Of a stretch of DNA of 64,000 nt, positions 63,794 through 64,000 are shown in pieces. This stretch comes from Eledone cirrhosa (lineage: Eukaryota). A program made the position numbers and the translations under genes. Under the pieces are notes generated by a model. It did not search any database. It had not been told where the DNA came from and saw only the letters and a program-made list of their open reading frames with translations. The first letter of the stretch is position 1. The number at the start of each line of letters is the position of its first letter. The stretch is from contig OZ024742.1 in the NCBI GenBank assembly GCA_964016885.1, positions 69,006,001 to 69,070,000 of the forward strand, read 5' to 3'.

Positions 63794-64000
63794 ATATATG
63801 GGATTATTTGTCGTGAAATGCTACCAGTAGTATTGTCACATTAGTTCGGTATTTGACATTGCAAGTAGTGTCAACATCTCCACCACCACAACTGGGTCGG
63901 CTTCTGTTAAGTATTGGTGTACTCATATCATATAGTTGTTGTTGAACCTCATTTAACAACATGTTAAATTCATACTTTAGCACATTATGCAGTAAATTCC

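Noticed and set aside
62996-64000. Terminal TM7 exon of the GRL gene
   Set aside because: No convincing acceptor plus TM7 motif was found; it probably lies beyond the window or is lost.

Overview
Eukaryotic, AT-rich, microsatellite-dense DNA. The tRNA-derived SINEs, (ATT)n/(TA)n/(TACA)n tracts and LINE families point to a coleoid cephalopod, probably an octopus (inferred, not proven). Two host genes are supported. (1) A multi-exon type-B carboxylesterase (cholinesterase/neuroligin fold) on the minus strand: ten coding exons traced from about 53751 down to 1671, continuing off the left edge. It has a signal peptide, an S/T/P/Q-rich N-terminal insert and an apparently intact Ser-Glu-His triad. 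(2) A divergently oriented gustatory-receptor-like (GRL/7TM ion channel) gene on the plus strand at 59281-60360. Its reading frame is interrupted by a 168-bp SINE with exact in-phase GT...AG ends, so the SINE may work as a new intron. The rest is mostly mobile DNA: a ~15.5-kb stack in esterase intron 2 where Tx1/L1-like LINEs (always +, one with an intact 1140-aa ORF2) alternate with R4/Dong-like LINEs (always -) between (ATT)n tracts; Penelope-like remnants with hammerhead ribozyme motifs and foldbacks; CRE-like, RTE, Helitron and mariner remnants; and a 3-kb minisatellite. No prokaryotic features, CRISPR array, rRNA or true tRNA genes are supported. All coordinates and alignments were read by eye.
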